Source: Macrostomum hystrix (taxonomy: Eukaryota; Animalia; Platyhelminthes). Taken from it: a DNA stretch of 64,000 bases. Position numbers and translations under genes: made by a program. The DNA lies in the NCBI GenBank assembly GCA_950097015.1, contig CATNEN010000010.1, forward strand, positions 3,162,001-3,226,000. The letters run 5' to 3'. Shown piece by piece: positions 14,261-28,015 of this stretch (the first letter of the stretch is position 1; every line of letters begins with the position of its first letter). The notes beneath the pieces are model-generated. The model saw only the letters and a list, made by a program, of their open reading frames with translations. It had not been told where the DNA came from and made no database searches.

Positions 14261-14699
14261 ACAAGTATCAAAAGTAGCGAAGCAGGAAGCGCTGACTGGG
14301 TATGATTCTTTAATTCAAAGATTGCTTCATCGAGTCTTCAGTGCAGCACAATCAAGCGGCAGCAGGGTAGGCAGCCATCAAGGCACTCCAGCATATTGCA
14401 GGGCTGGTCAGTTTGCCCTGAGGCAACGCACAGACTCCTCCTCCATCTCCGTAAGAGTCGCGGCATCAGGTTGGTCAAGGCCGGTTGTTTGAGAGCCCGT
14501 GCAGATATTCCCATAGTCTGGGTGGGGGCAGAATGTCTGCCCGGCTCTTTGACTAACTGATCAGAATAGAGCTCTTATAGGGAAGTAGCATCCATGGCTG
14601 CTGCCTGCTTGGGCATGTAACAAGTTTAACTGCTTCAGCAAATTTACTTCACCGTGCAGGAGCCGCAGTATAGCACAGTATAAACACTATAGCAACCCA

Positions 14700-15200
14700 A
14701 TAGATCAGACTGAGCATATTATAGCAGCCCGATAGATCAGGCTGAGCACAGTATGGCAACCCAATAGATCAGGCTGAGCACAGTATGGCAACCCAATAGA
14801 TCAGGCTGAGCACAGTATGGCAACCCAATAGATCAGGCTGAGCACAGTATGGCAACCCAATAGATCAGGCTGAGCACAGTATGGCAACCCAATAGATCAG
14901 GCTGAGCACAGTATGACAACCCAATAGATCAGGCTGAGCACAGTATGGCAACCCAATAGATCAGGCTGAGCACAGTATGGCAACCCAATAGATCAGGCTG
15001 AGCACAGTATGACAACCCAATAGATCAGGCTGAGCACAGTATGGCAACCCAATAGATCAGGCTGAGCACAGTATGGCAACCCAATAGATCAGGCTGAGCA
15101 CAGTATGACAACCCAATAGATCAGGCTGAGCACAGTATGGCAACCCAATAGATCAGGCTGAGCACAGTATGGCAACCCAATAGATCATGCTGTGCACTGT
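14700..15200. repeat. 32-bp tandem repeat (CCAATAGATCAGGCTGAGCACAGTATGGCAAC)n
   Basis: About 15 near-identical units, period 32. Confidence 0.97.
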
Positions 15201-15693
15201 ATGGCATTTACATAGCTCAAAAGCAGAAGACATTCAAGCCATTAAACTTTCGGGCTAAAAGGCGTGTTAAATTTTGGCTGGGTGAACTAAACAGCTCCAT
15301 GCGGGTGTCCTGCAGCGAATTCCCTGAAGGGGAGAAACACAAATCCTGCAAGAGCCAGTTCTGCAGCTCATCCCGCTGATTGCCGAAGCCTTGAAATTGC
15401 CAAAAGGGAATTTTTAACTCCCAGCTTCTAATTCCCACAGGAGAAGAAAATTGAAATTTGAAACAAAAACCTGACCACAGGAGGAGCTTCAGTGCTAAAG
15501 GTAATTTATTGCCCAGAAAAAAGGAAACAAATTAAAAAGCTGGCAACTAATAGAATTTCAATTAGGCTGAAAGCAATCAACAATGCGAAGCGGCCAGAAC
15601 TCCCATCTTATTTGTCCCTTCTATTGACTCGGGGTCTGAGAGTTCAGACAGACTTTTAAAAAGTAACTTTTGTCTGGCGAGTTTGACTATGGC

Positions 15694-16565
15694 CAGTGAG
15701 CAGATTACTCTAAGAATCGGTCATTCAGTGAGCAGATTACTCTAAGAATCGGTCATTCAGTGAGCAGATTACTTTAAGAATCGGTCATTCAGTTAGCAGA
15801 TTACTTTAAGAATCGGTCATTCAGTGAGCAGATTACTCTAAGAATCGGTCATTCAGTGAGCAGATTACTCTAAGAATCGGTCATTCAGTGAGCAGATTAC
15901 TCTAAGAATCGGTCATTCAGTGAGCAGATTACTCTAAGAATCGGTCATTCAGTTAGCAGATTACTTTAAGAATCGGTCATTCAGTGAGCAGATTACTCTA
16001 AGAATCGGTCATTCAGTGAGCAGATTACTCTAAGAATCGGTTATTCAGTGAGCAGATTACTCTAAGAATCGGTCATTCAGTGAGCAGATTACTCTAAGAA
16101 TCGGTCATTCAGTGAGCAGATTACTCTAAGAATCGGTCATTCAGTGAGCAGATTACTCTAAGAATCGGTCATTCAGTGAGCAGATTACTCTAAGAATCGG
16201 TCATTCAGTGAGCAGATTACTCTAAGAATCGGTCATTCAGTGAGCAGATTACTCTAAGAATCGGTCATTCAGTGAGCAGATTACTCTAAGAATCGGTCAT
16301 TCAGTGAGCAGATTACTCTAAGAATCGGTTATTCAGTGAGCAGATTACTCTAAGAATCGGTCATTCAGTGAGCAGATTACTCTAAGAATCGGTCATTCAG
16401 TGAGCAGATTACTCTAAGAATCGGTCATTCAGTGAGCAGATTACTCTAAGAATCGGTCATTCAGTGAGCAGATTACTCTAAGAATCGGTCATTCAGTGAG
16501 CAGATTACTCTAAGAATCGGTCATTCAGTGAGCAGATTACTCTAAGAATCGGTCATTCAGTGAGA
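15694..16565. repeat. 32-bp tandem repeat (CAGTGAGCAGATTACTCTAAGAATCGGTCATT)n
   Basis: About 27 near-identical units, period 32. Confidence 0.97.
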
Positions 16566-17999
16566 CCTAGTAAATCGTTTTATGACAGAAAATGAACAAG
16601 AAGGCGAATAAAACTTGGCACACTTCGATTAAAAGTGCAAAGCATGTCGGGACGAATTAAACCGGTCACAAACGGAACATACCTCGGGTCTTAAGAGACC
16701 ATATCAGCATATTTTATTATAATCAACTATTATTTTCGCATTTTCGCTGGCAGTAAAGAAGCAACGGCCATCAAATAAGCAAATCTGACAGGCGAAGCGA
16801 ATTTTAAAAGAAAAATTAATTCAGTGCTTAATAAAAATCACTCGTTGCTACTTCTAGTAGCCACAAAAGAGCATTAGGAGAGGGAGATTGGAAAAAATAA
16901 AAAAATCTCGTTACACCAAGTTGCGAACTAGAAAAGAACCTGACAAACTCAAACTTAGGGCCGCTAATTCGGTTTGGACCATAGAAGGACAGCCCTGCAC
17001 AGATCAGAGTCGGCTTATTCTTGAATCATTGATGCAGACGAAAAACTGCGGCCCAAAAACCTAGTGTTTTAGTTCATGTTGGATAAATACAATTACTTGA
17101 ATAATATAACCAAGCAAGGCTAGTATTGTGCAGGCAGGCCGACAGAAATAGATGAGAACGGCATTGATTAGCGAGAAGAACAGGAAAGCACAATTGAATT
17201 CTCGACAGTCGCTGTGTCGAAAATGTGAAACGTGCCGAAATTGATAGCAATACACTTTAAGTAGTATATAAGGAGCGGTAGCGAGGAAATTAAAGCAGAC
17301 TATCGAGCATTCGGATTTATCGATATAAGCCTTCCCAGGACGCCAGGCTTAAGAGTAAAAGAGCAGACAACGATTGCACAAGTAATCTGAGAAACCAATA
17401 TTTACTGAGGCTACTGTCTGCTAGGCTAATTTAGTTTAGTCATATTTGAATAGTTCTTTGTTACAACAAAATACTTCATCACAGAGCGGCTATAAACACC
17501 ATAGAGAGCAGGCCGAGAGCTCATATCAGATCTAGGCTTACAGAAGAGGAATAAAATGGGGGAGAAAACTAGACCAAATGACGAATTCGAAGATGAAGAG
17601 AGCATTGTTGAATAGTTGAATCAGATAAGCTGTAGATGAGTCACAATTAACGATTCTCTGTTGCAAATTTAATAAAAAAGACAAGTCAAGTTTCATGAAC
17701 AACGAATTAGGCTGGAGCGAAAACTCTACTCTTGTCCACCGCTAAAGAACCTGTTACCAGGTGCCGACAGAGAAATTAACCAGAGTGCTCAAACACAACA
17801 CAGCAGCGATACCGTAGGCATTGTTGGCGGGCGATGAGGCAAGGCGAAACTGGGGGGAAGGTGCTGGCAAATCCGTGACCAAGGCAACACCGATGGGCAT
17901 ACAAAAATATAAGAGGGGACACTCCAATCAATAATCAATGCGATACAAAGACTGTCCGACAGAGCAGAATAAACAGAAAGAAGATTTGCAGCAATTGCA

Positions 18000-20900
18000 T
18001 CACAACTTATTCAATTCTGAGGCGCCTTCCATCTGGTTCTGATGCTCGCTTCCGCCCACGCCGCCTGAACCTGAACCTGACGGCGACGATGAAGCGCTTG
18101 ACGATCGATGCAGGGCCGCGCTGCCGCTTCCCCCGCCGGCCCGACAACTGGTCCTGGATGAAGACTTGAGCACGGAGGATTCCGTGCCGCTGCTGCCACC
18201 GCCACCGACAGCACCTAGCAGCTCCTCCGGCTGCTCATTCGCCGCCTCATCGCCAGGCGCCTCCTCTGACTGATTTTTGGCGCCCCCGCTATTGGACGAC
18301 TCACTGTCGCCCTCCTTTCGGCAGCCGTCTTCGACGTTGCTATCCTCGTCGTCGTCATCGTCATCATCGTCACTGCCTCCGGCTTGCGACTCTGGACGGT
18401 CCTCTAAAGCTCCGGCAATCTCGGTGTCGCCGCCATCGCCAGCGCGCAAAAGGGCGAGAATTTCCGAAGCGAGGGTGCCGATAGCGACGCAGAGTCGCTG
18501 CTGACGGTCCGCATCGGCTGTGGCCGCAGCTGCGTCGTCGACATCGCCGCAAGTCGTCGAATTGACTTCCACTTCGGCCTCAGCGTCAGCATCGGCGGGG
18601 ACATCGTCGCGGTAACGATCGTCGTCTTCATCGGCTTCGTCCAACTGCTCGGCCATTGACGCAGCGGCGGCGGCAGCGGCCTCCGGCGGCAGGAGGGCGC
18701 GAATGTTGCGCAGGAGCCTGGGCGACAGCAGCGGCAGGTAGGTGGGGCGGTTTCGGCAGCAGACCTGCCGGATGGCCCACAGCGACCACAGCTGGGCGCT
18801 GGGGTGCCGGCCGGGCTCCAGCAGGCGCACAAACGGCCGGAACGACCGATAGGCGACCATCTCGGCATCCGGCGAGGACCAGGAAAGCACAGCGTTGCCA
18901 ACAGCTGGCAGGAGGCGACGGCGAGGCCGCTCACTGAGTCGTTCTAGCCAGACGCGGTCGGGCAGGAGGCTGAGGTTTGCCAGGACTCCGGCGGCGAAGT
19001 AGGCAACGCTAAGGCAAGTGTCGGTCAGCAGCTGGCTCAGCGTCTGAGTGGGTGAGGAGGATATTCGGGAGGAATTCGAAACTGCTGCACAATAAAAACT
19101 GCTGAACTAAGAAAGTACTGGAAGAAGATAAGGAGAGATGGAGAAAGGATAAAATGAGGAGCTATATGTATGATAAAACGAGAAGACAGGATAAGCGCGG
19201 AGATAGGAGAAAATGAGGAGATAGGGGGATAGAGTAGGGGGTCTGAGATGAGGCTATAGATGAGAGATGAAGGTTTGTGCTACCCATGGGGATGGAATGG
19301 GACTAATACATGAATTACTCACAGTGATGAGGTCGCTATCCAGCAGGGACTCCCTGGTGGCCGGCATTTCGGCGATATTGTTGAGCAGGCCGAGGCACTT
19401 TGGCAGGATGCACTGCCTGGCGTCGGCAGCGGCGGCGCAGTCCAGCAGTCGGAAGAGCTTCAGGTAGGCCTCGATGCCGCCGGCGCCAACAAACAGGCGG
19501 CAGCTGGGCTCGCATTCGTCTGTGAGGTTCCAGAGTGCGCTGAGAGCGAATTTCAGCGTCGGGTCCAGGTCTGACGGGCCTGGCGGCTTGGGCAGGTCGG
19601 TGAGCTGCGAGCGCAGCAGGCGGCGGCGCTCCTGCACCAGGGCCACCAGGCGGGCGAACAGCCGGTCCTGGGAGGTCAGGAGGGCCAGATCCCGGCTGCT
19701 GACCTTGGCTGACACAATGCTGACTATGGCCACCAGCATGCGCACCATGTGCTGGTCTGTGAACTGCACCAGGCCGTCGCACACCAGGGACAGGCACCAG
19801 AGCCGGTCGAACTCTGCCTGATGCAGGAAGCAATCGTTGCACAGCGTCAGCAGGGCATTCTTCTGCAACTGTTGCTGCTTTGGAAAATTGCCCATGGCGT
19901 TTAGCACCAGGTCTACGACTGTGTTCCGAACTGCGGGACTGAGCTTGAAGCTCAGCTGATAGCGGGTGAGATTGTACAGTACGGCCGTGCCAGCCAGCTG
20001 CAGCTGCATCCTGTGCGAATACTTGCGCAGCACGGGAAAGGTGGCCCTCAGGAGGCGCTCTCTCAGGTTGAACATGTGATTGGTGTGCAGGAACACCGCG
20101 CACAGAGTTTGCTGCATGTAGTTTTCCCTGTCTCTGTAACGCTCCAGACAACGGATGAGCTGGTCCTCGGTGTCGAAGCCGGCGATTTCAACCGGCAGCT
20201 CCGGCTCGCCAGTCAGCTGTTCGTCAACCATGGCGAAGCCGAGGAATTTCAGACTTGGCCTGGCCAGCACGAACTGGCGCAGCAGGGGGATTTCCAGCTT
20301 GAGCTTGTTGCCAGACACGTCCAGATGCTCCAGGCGGGGCAGGAAGCTGGGTGAGCTGAACAGTTCGCGCACCTGCTGCTGGATCTGCGGCTTGCCAAAT
20401 CTGCAATTCGATCAATAGGCGATCGATAAGCGATCAATAGACACGCGATAATACCAGAAATTCTAGAACACGTGAAAACTTTCCTAAAAATGAATAATTA
20501 AAGATTCTGAAATGATCTGCATCATCTCAGACTTCGGTGTCTGCTGGCCTTCATTTAGGCGAAGCTTCTGGACCTTCAACGGGTGGCCCCAGCTGTGTAC
20601 ACATGCTGGGATGCGAATTCTACAGTCTCGATCATCAAGCAAATAACAATCCTTGAAAATTCACTGGAAAATACATTTTCAGCTGAAGACTTCGGCACAC
20701 ATACACACACTGGCACAGAAGAACACGTACAACCAAGCTACATAAATTGTGAGAAAAAATTGTCGTCATCTCGCCCAATTTTTATGGTTGTTTTTACTAA
20801 AATTGAAGATAAAATAGGCGGCGGATGGGCGCCGGAGGCGGGAGACAGGGCGCTGAGAAAACCGAGACGCGGGAAACAATTACATCAAAAGCAAATTATG

Positions 20901-22172
20901 ATTAGCACAGCGCGGACTCAAAATATATCTGCGTGCGGGCCAATTTGGGGCTTGTGTAGGCATGAAGACTGTTGTGTGAGTCGCAGGATTTACTACTCAA
21001 ATCAATCGGCGAGCACATCTCCATAAGCACACGAACAGACTAGTACTACTCATAGAAATAGTAGATGCAATAATATTAGCTGAGCAGACCTGGCCAGGCT
21101 GGTGTCATCGCTGATGTCTAACAGCAGCAGATTCTCCAGCTCGGACAGTACAGTGAGGAATCTGCCGGCCTGCTTCGGCTTCACGCCGTACAGTCGCAGA
21201 TACTTCAGCCGGTGTCGCATTCGCCTCAGCGGCCAGATGTCTACCACGTCAGTCTTGGAGATGTCCAAATGGACCAGGTGACGCAGATCGTTGCAGATGA
21301 CCTCCAGGCATTTGCAGTCGAGCTCAGTGTTGGCCAGGTTGAGGCTGGCTAGGCTGCGGAACACAGACAGGCAGACAATCACTGGCAGCTTGTCGCACAG
21401 GATGGAAGTGCCAGCCAGGTTGAATGAGATCATCTGCTGCTTGCTGGCGTCAGAAAGGCAGCTGACCAGAGAGTACAGATTCACCTGTTCCAGGTGCACG
21501 CAGGTTAGTCGCAGAAGGCGATGCCGCTTCAGCACCTGTTTTGGAGTTCAATAAAAGTTCAGTGAAACGTGACAGTTGCAATGCAATTACAAATGTGAAC
21601 ATGCTTAGATCCAGTCAGCTTTAGTTTCCTAACAACGATGGCAATAATGGAATTGCATTACATATCGTATAATTTCCCCAATGCCTTAACATCTTAAGAA
21701 CTCAATGTCTTAAGGTAAATTTTATTTTGCTTCAGCAAGCAAGCAATCCTGTTTAATAACAATTGCTAACCTTCAGGCTCTCTAGAGACAGATCCTCAGC
21801 GTTCTCGAGGTGGACGCACTGCAGGCCGCATCTGTCCGGCGTGAAGGCGCCTAGCAGCGGGTCGGTCAGCTTGCCACCGGCCGCCAGAGCATTCAGCAGC
21901 TTGTCGGCCACGGCCGGGTACAAGTAGGGCACAAAGGGGTAGAAGGAGACGCGGGAGCTGCAGACGCTGTCGCCAGCTGGGCCGGCCAGATCGCGAAGTC
22001 CGCGAGAGGCGAGCAGGCGAACGCACAGATCCTCCAGGCTAGGCGGCAGGCTTGGCGACTGAGACGCTGTGGCAGCCGCTGCGGCTGCTGCCGACGAGCC
22101 AGACGCCGATGCTGGTAAAGCGGCCACGGCCGCAGCAGCCGAAGCTGCAGGCTGCTGCTGACGTTGGCTCAT
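18000..22172 (-). CDS. zyg-11: ZYG-11/ZER1-family Cul2 substrate receptor (VHL/BC box + LRR + ARM); exons 22172-21771, 21535-21090, 20400-19323, 19043-18000
   Basis: PPSLEDLCVRLL (BC box), LRRs (LASLNLANT, LVHLDISKT, LEHLDVSGN), then QLQKNALLTL, TLKFALSALWNLTDE, LGLLNNIAE, VAYFAAGVLANL and MVAYRSFRPF. All three GT-AG introns keep the frame (phases 0, 2, 0). Confidence 0.9.
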
Positions 22173-22849
22173 AGAGATGATAAATCAAGATCCGTGTCAG
22201 CTGTTCTGTCGTCCTTCTTTTACAGAAATCAGTCAATATTGAAGCACACACAAGACTGTATTCACAGATGCCCAACTCCTGCTGACGTTTTATCTGGTCT
22301 GTGAAAATAATACAATGCGTGCTTAGTTACCAAATTATTTTTGGATTTTTTATGAAACAATTATTTCCCTTTAGTTAGTATTTATTAATGACATTTTTAT
22401 GGTTTAATAAAAAATATTATAAATTGTCCACTTCAAAATTCTTAAAAATGAATGGCCAGGGGTACAGATATAGTTGTGTATATTAGCTACACTAGTGCAT
22501 GAAATTATAAGAGTAGATGACAATGATTCCATCATTTTTAGCATATAAATACAAACTGCTTACAAGTTACTATTTTAACCCAGCATATTGCAGTTTACCA
22601 ATGTTCTTAGATAAATTAGGTAAGCTGTGTTAAAGTAAAGGAAAATATAGTAAATTATTTCCCTTTCTGATGAAAACGATTAGAGGGAGAGAAAACTATT
22701 TCTCTTACATGTCATGTATAGCCATATAATAAAAATATATAAAGGCAAACTCTTATTTTGTGACATTTAATTATTTAACAACTTTTTCTTCACATTTCAG
22801 CCTACGAGTAATGGGTGACTATTAATATGGCTAAATGACCTAGGCCACC

Positions 22850-23110
22850 TATGACAATTGCAACCTATGCCAATTGAGAATATGCTGATGAACTATGCAA
22901 CCTGAATTTTACCATGCGCAGTTGGTCACATGTGGGCTGCTTTGCAACACCTGAACTGCAATGCCAAGTTGGAGCCTATTCTTTGTGGACCCCAATGACC
23001 CCACCTAAACACATAATTGATGTGACAATTTCTGGAGGATGTGTGGCACAAGTGACACATTGTTTCAGACTCACCTGAATGAGTACCTCTGGCACTGCCT
23101 TTTCCTAGAA
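22850..23110 (+). pseudogene. Decayed Merlin/ISXO2-like transposase, C-terminal fragment
   Basis: Reads FFVDPNDPT*THN*CDNFWRMCGTSDTLFQTHLNEYLWH, resembling Merlin FVdp...HTq.IE..W....gts..l...yL.EylWr; several stops. Confidence 0.45.
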
Positions 23111-23419
23111 AAGATGCTTGGCAAATTTCAGTACTGGGTTGCCCACTACTATTAATTGCTGGCTATGTCCTTTTAGCAGTTATCATATAAGTTTTGCTAA
23201 GGAAAAAGAAGCAAAATAATTTATCTCCACAGACTAGGAGTTTGCCATATTATTAATCATATTGTTATTTGTCTATTTGATTTGATGTATTTATTCATTC
23301 ATTTAATCAAACCAACAAACATTTTATGTTACAACAGTTCCTTGCACTTTGAGAAATAAGAAATGATAGCCAATTAAAATTTTTTGTCTCTAAAGGAAGC
23401 ATAGGGCCTAGCTCAGGTC

Positions 23420-23485
23420 AGAGGTTGATAAACTCTGGCCTGCAGGCCAAATCTGGCCCACAAAGACTTTATCTGGCCCATGTCT
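23420..23485 (+). mobile_element. Degenerate hAT (Charlie-type) terminal sequence
   Basis: CAGAGGTTGATAAACTCTGGCCTGCAGGCCAAATCTGGCCC resembles the hAT 5' end CAGGGGT..GCAAAC...GGCCCG.GGGCC..ATC.GGCCC; no partner end found. Confidence 0.35.
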
Positions 23486-26469
23486 TTCTGCAATCTCTTA
23501 AAAGTAATGTAAACTGCAAACTCTGATTTCACAAACTCCCTTATCTTTAGGCTTTGGGAGAGAAAGTCCCATGCTTAGCAGCTAAGGATTTTTTCTAGTC
23601 TATAAGCCAACATGTAAAAGGCCAAAAAAGCTTTAAAGCTGGTCTATGATTTAGACTGGTGGGGATTGCACTTATTTGGGTGGCTTAGGATAGAGGAGGA
23701 GGGATTGGTGTAAATGTAATGTATGAGTGTGAGTTCTGCATATCAATCTGGTTGTCTTTATCACTATCCATACATGCACAACACCCGGCCGAAACGGCCG
23801 GGTGAAACGAGGGCCAAGCAAGGTAAGTTGCAAAAACCAATCAACCAAGCGCAAAAAATCAAAGGGGGGACCAAGGGACAAAAAAGGAAGGCGTGAAGAA
23901 TAGAAAAAAGGGGAGAGAAAAAAAGAGCAAATGAGAGCAAACTAAGTCGTAAATAGAGCAATGAAACAAACTCAGTTGCAACTGAGAGCAAACTTAGTTG
24001 TAAATAGAGCAAAAACTATGTCGCATGGCTGGCTAAGATTTGGGAGGTTGCACATGTATGTCACTATCTATCACATAATAAAGGATAAGGGTTATACCTG
24101 AATAAAGAACCAAGAATTTACTTTCCCAACAGCAAAAATGACAAGGCCTTTTTAATATATAGCTTGTATTGAAACACTATTGACTCTAAAACACAATGGC
24201 TTCAGCACTGCCACAGATAAATTACAAGGTAGACACAGAGCACAGTGCATTGTTTTGTCAGACTTGTGGTGCCAGTTGGCATAATAGGTCCAAATCTAGT
24301 GTCAACTCAAACCAGCTGGCCTGGCTTGCATATATTAAATTGTAAGATTTTAAATGGAAAAAATCACATTTTTGCATTTTTTTAGTTTTCAAATTTCAGT
24401 TTTATTTGCTTTCTTTATTATATTAAAGAATTTATCTATGATTTTGAAATTCATATATTTTATCACTTAATTGTATTTCTCTTTATAAAATTGTATTAAG
24501 TTTTGGCACCAACCAATATTACTAGGGCCTATTATAAACAAAGTAAATAAAAACAGTTATGCAGCTTAAACTATATTAATGCCTAAATAGAACATCTTAC
24601 AACAAAAAGCTAAAAATACATTTTAAGCAGATATGTTTTGTTTTGCTTTGGTTAAGATAAATAAATATATAGAACTTGCTACTTCTATATTTCAATTTAA
24701 GAATAGGGAACTTAAATACTTGTGATGTGGTTGGAGTAGGTTTAAAGTTTGTTACTTTGTGCATTAAGTCTAGAAAATTAGAAATGACATTAGCCATAGC
24801 CTGGATAATTGGCTATAGTATAGATAAGACAATGACTAATACAATAGAGTGAATTATTATTTTTAATGAATAGGCCTATACTGCTATAGTAGAGCTTCTA
24901 TAAATCAAGACTTGGTTAAATACTTAATTAGAAACCTAGCAATTTATTTTGTGTTTTCCTCAGTAGCTATTATATTATTAAATATTTATGAGAAATTTAG
25001 TTGTTTAATTGTTATTGCATCTTTCTAATGTTTTATGTTCACTATATATATTTTTTGTTTTTATGTCTATGGTACATTAGGCATATTTATCCTAGTCTAT
25101 TATATCAAAACAACAAAAAAACAAAATGATCACAAATTGTGCAAAGAAGGAAACCTGTTGCTCACACAACAGTGTTTGTGTCAGCTTCTAGGTTATTTTG
25201 GTCCATGAAGTTTGTTTTTTGACCAATTGATGTTTGGTGTATGTAGCCCATGGGTTATTTATCAGTAAAATAGGTACCTAAAATAATTCAGATCAGAAAA
25301 CTGATAGGCCCCTAGGGCCTAGATTCTCAAGATGTCATTTGTCAAACTATCACTGCATGCTATCCCATACATTAAGTATGAGTCAAGGAAGACCAGCTGT
25401 ATAATTTGGTACATTATGCACCATACAGGCCATGGCTCATGGGTCTTTTCTAATTTTCTAGACTGAATGCACGAGAACAAAGTAACAAACTTTAAGCATT
25501 TAAATATGAAATCCAGCCTGCATTTCCAAATATTGTATAGCACTCTCTACATAGCACTAGTAGGTGCTCCCCCGAGATTAAAGCTAGCATTTAATCTTTT
25601 TAGAACTAGAAATCTGGTATCTCAATAACCAAGTAAAACTAGCGTGCTGAATAGGCCCTAGCGTGCGGAATAGTGTTCGGAATAGCATGCGGTGAAAGTT
25701 TAACACTTGAGATTTCCAAAGCAAATGTAAGTAAAAATGCCTAATCACTCTTTATTTCATTCAAGTAATAAAACGCAACAAAGAATAAAATATAAAACCA
25801 GTTTTATCATAGAGCTAATTAATATTTCCTTAAATTGCAAATCTTCAAAAGTCCTAAAAAGTATTACTGCGACACCGCCGGTAGTGTTAGGATTCTTTAT
25901 ACGAAATAAAAAAGTCTTCAATTTAAAGCAAAGTCGAAAATAAACACTAGCAATGGTAAAGCGCAAGAAGTGTAAAACTAAGTTGTACGTTAATAGCATT
26001 TACATATAGTTAAGAATTATTTCATTGCTTTTCTGATACAATCACTCTATATTTTATATTTTGTTTGTTTACACTTTTGTTCCTAAAATGGGTAAATCCG
26101 AAACGATCTGCTGAAATCTGTAGAAATGTGTCCGGTGCAAATATTCTCTTAACTCAATAATATAATTGGGCAATTTTATATACAAACCAACCGTATGGTC
26201 ACCCAAAGCTTTGTAGCAGAAAGAACAGCTGAAGGCCGATTTGTTTTAGTATTAGCAGACAATTTATTTCTCGAAACGCGTGCAACTATGATGTCCGTAG
26301 TAAGAGCTGTTTTTTAATATCCTATTTTATTCCACTAAAAGTCTAGAATCGGCTGTTGGGCAAATGAAATATACAAAGACAGCATTCCAAAGATGGAGCT
26401 TTATGTGTTGTTTTCGAATTTTTGCAGAAAATGAAAATTCTCTGAGCGATAAATCGATGTCCGTAAATC

Positions 26470-26840
26470 GGCGTGTAACCTAACCGACGCCGTTTCTTCG
26501 CTCCTTATGAATATCTAGGAATAGAACTTTACTAAAATGTGTAAATGTTTCTCATAAATTCAATGCGCTAATCAGGTTGACGCATCTCGTCGAGATTTTT
26601 TCGAGGTTTGATATTTTTTCAAGTCATAAACTTTTTGGTGAGCACGTACCGCATGTAACATAACCGACGCCGAAATTTTGTCGCTATAAAGGAAAGCATT
26701 TTAAAGGCATAGATTTCGACATAAAAAATGAATATAACTCTACAACACGTATTGAACAAAGTATTAGATATTAATTATGTGCTTTGCCTTCACTTTAGAA
26801 AGCATGAAAACACCACAAATGTAACATAACCGACGCTTGG
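26470..26840. repeat. Three dispersed copies of GTAAC(A/C)TAACCGACGC (subterminal-repeat-like)
   Basis: Copies near 26475, 26655 and 26820, seen directly; a transposon-end role is inference. Confidence 0.5.
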
Positions 26841-27392
26841 GTAGCATGATTGTAACTGTATTAAAACAAAGCTATGGTAATGTTCTTGAACAGCACTTTG
26901 CTGGACCTCACTGAAAAAATTATGTTATACACAGTTAGTTATCAGAATTTTAAGCATAAGATAATAGCGTATGGAAATAAAAATGCCTGGAAATTAAGTG
27001 CGTTTGTAATTCCACGTACATTGAAATGTCGCTATTGATTATGATGGTAAATGAAACACATTTTATAGCCTGATTTGCTTTAGAGATTTGCTTTAGAAAG
27101 TCAAAGTTCTCATTGTGGAAGCCACTACTGAGAACAATATTTTTAGCTTCACTGAGTAAAAATGGGGCATCCCAATTTTGCTGGACTTTTTTTACCATAC
27201 AATTTCTTGTGTCTGTTGTGAGAATGTCAGACTCTTCTTTTATTTATTCTCCCTAGATGCATATGTATTGTACTTTTTTCTGAACATACCAATCAAGCAT
27301 TAGATTTATAATGTTTTATTTCTATTGGAGGACCCAATTACATCCTTTCATAGAATCTATATATATAAAAGTGAAAACTCTGTCTGTCTGTC

Positions 27393-27424
<32 letters not shown>

Positions 27425-28015
27425 CAACCTTTTGTCTTTATAGACGCCGAAACCGCTCAACCAAATCGCACCAAACTTTGCACATACCTAAAACCACCTA
27501 CGCTGAGTGCAATAGGCTACTCAAATTCCCGAAAAATCATTTCCTTCCTGCTCAAAAGTGCAAAAAAACTGCTCAAAAATCGTCAAAAAATCACTCAATT
27601 CGACATATCGTCGCCCCACTTTGTCAGATTTTCTCCAAATTTGATCCACTTACACTTTACATGTTTTCCAACAATGCTGTCAATTTTGAACATCTCTACT
27701 CAATCCAGAGCAAAGCTGCATCATCTCAAAGTGAGTCACTTTTTGTTTTCCGAGGACAGCCACCCCAACTCCCCTCCGCCACTCTGCGGGCCAAATTTTA
27801 TTACAGCCACCCCCTCCCTTCCCCGGGCGCCGAAGCCCCAGACTGTACATTGTATTTCAAGCCGTGAATGTACACAGCCCAAACCCCTAGACTGTCTACT
27901 GGCCCCCAAGCAGCACTGAGACTGAGTGCGGTGAGTGCGGTGGCGTCCCAGTGCGCAGGGCTCTCCGGTTGATATTTCTCTCCAGCCAGCCTATTTCTCT
28001 CGATATGCTGACGTT

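Noticed and set aside
6504-14271. ORFs from the 23-, 32/37- and 24-bp tandem repeats
   Set aside because: Stop-free repeat units give artefactual periodic peptides; there is no unique coding context.
14250-14650. Non-LTR retrotransposon C-terminal fragment on the minus strand (RLWEYLHG..., LMPRLLRRW..C...C)
   Set aside because: Only a vague resemblance spread over three frames; not enough to call.
20583-21026. 147-aa plus-strand ORF
   Set aside because: It lies in a zyg-11 intron on the opposite strand, has a GTG start and shows no recognisable domain.
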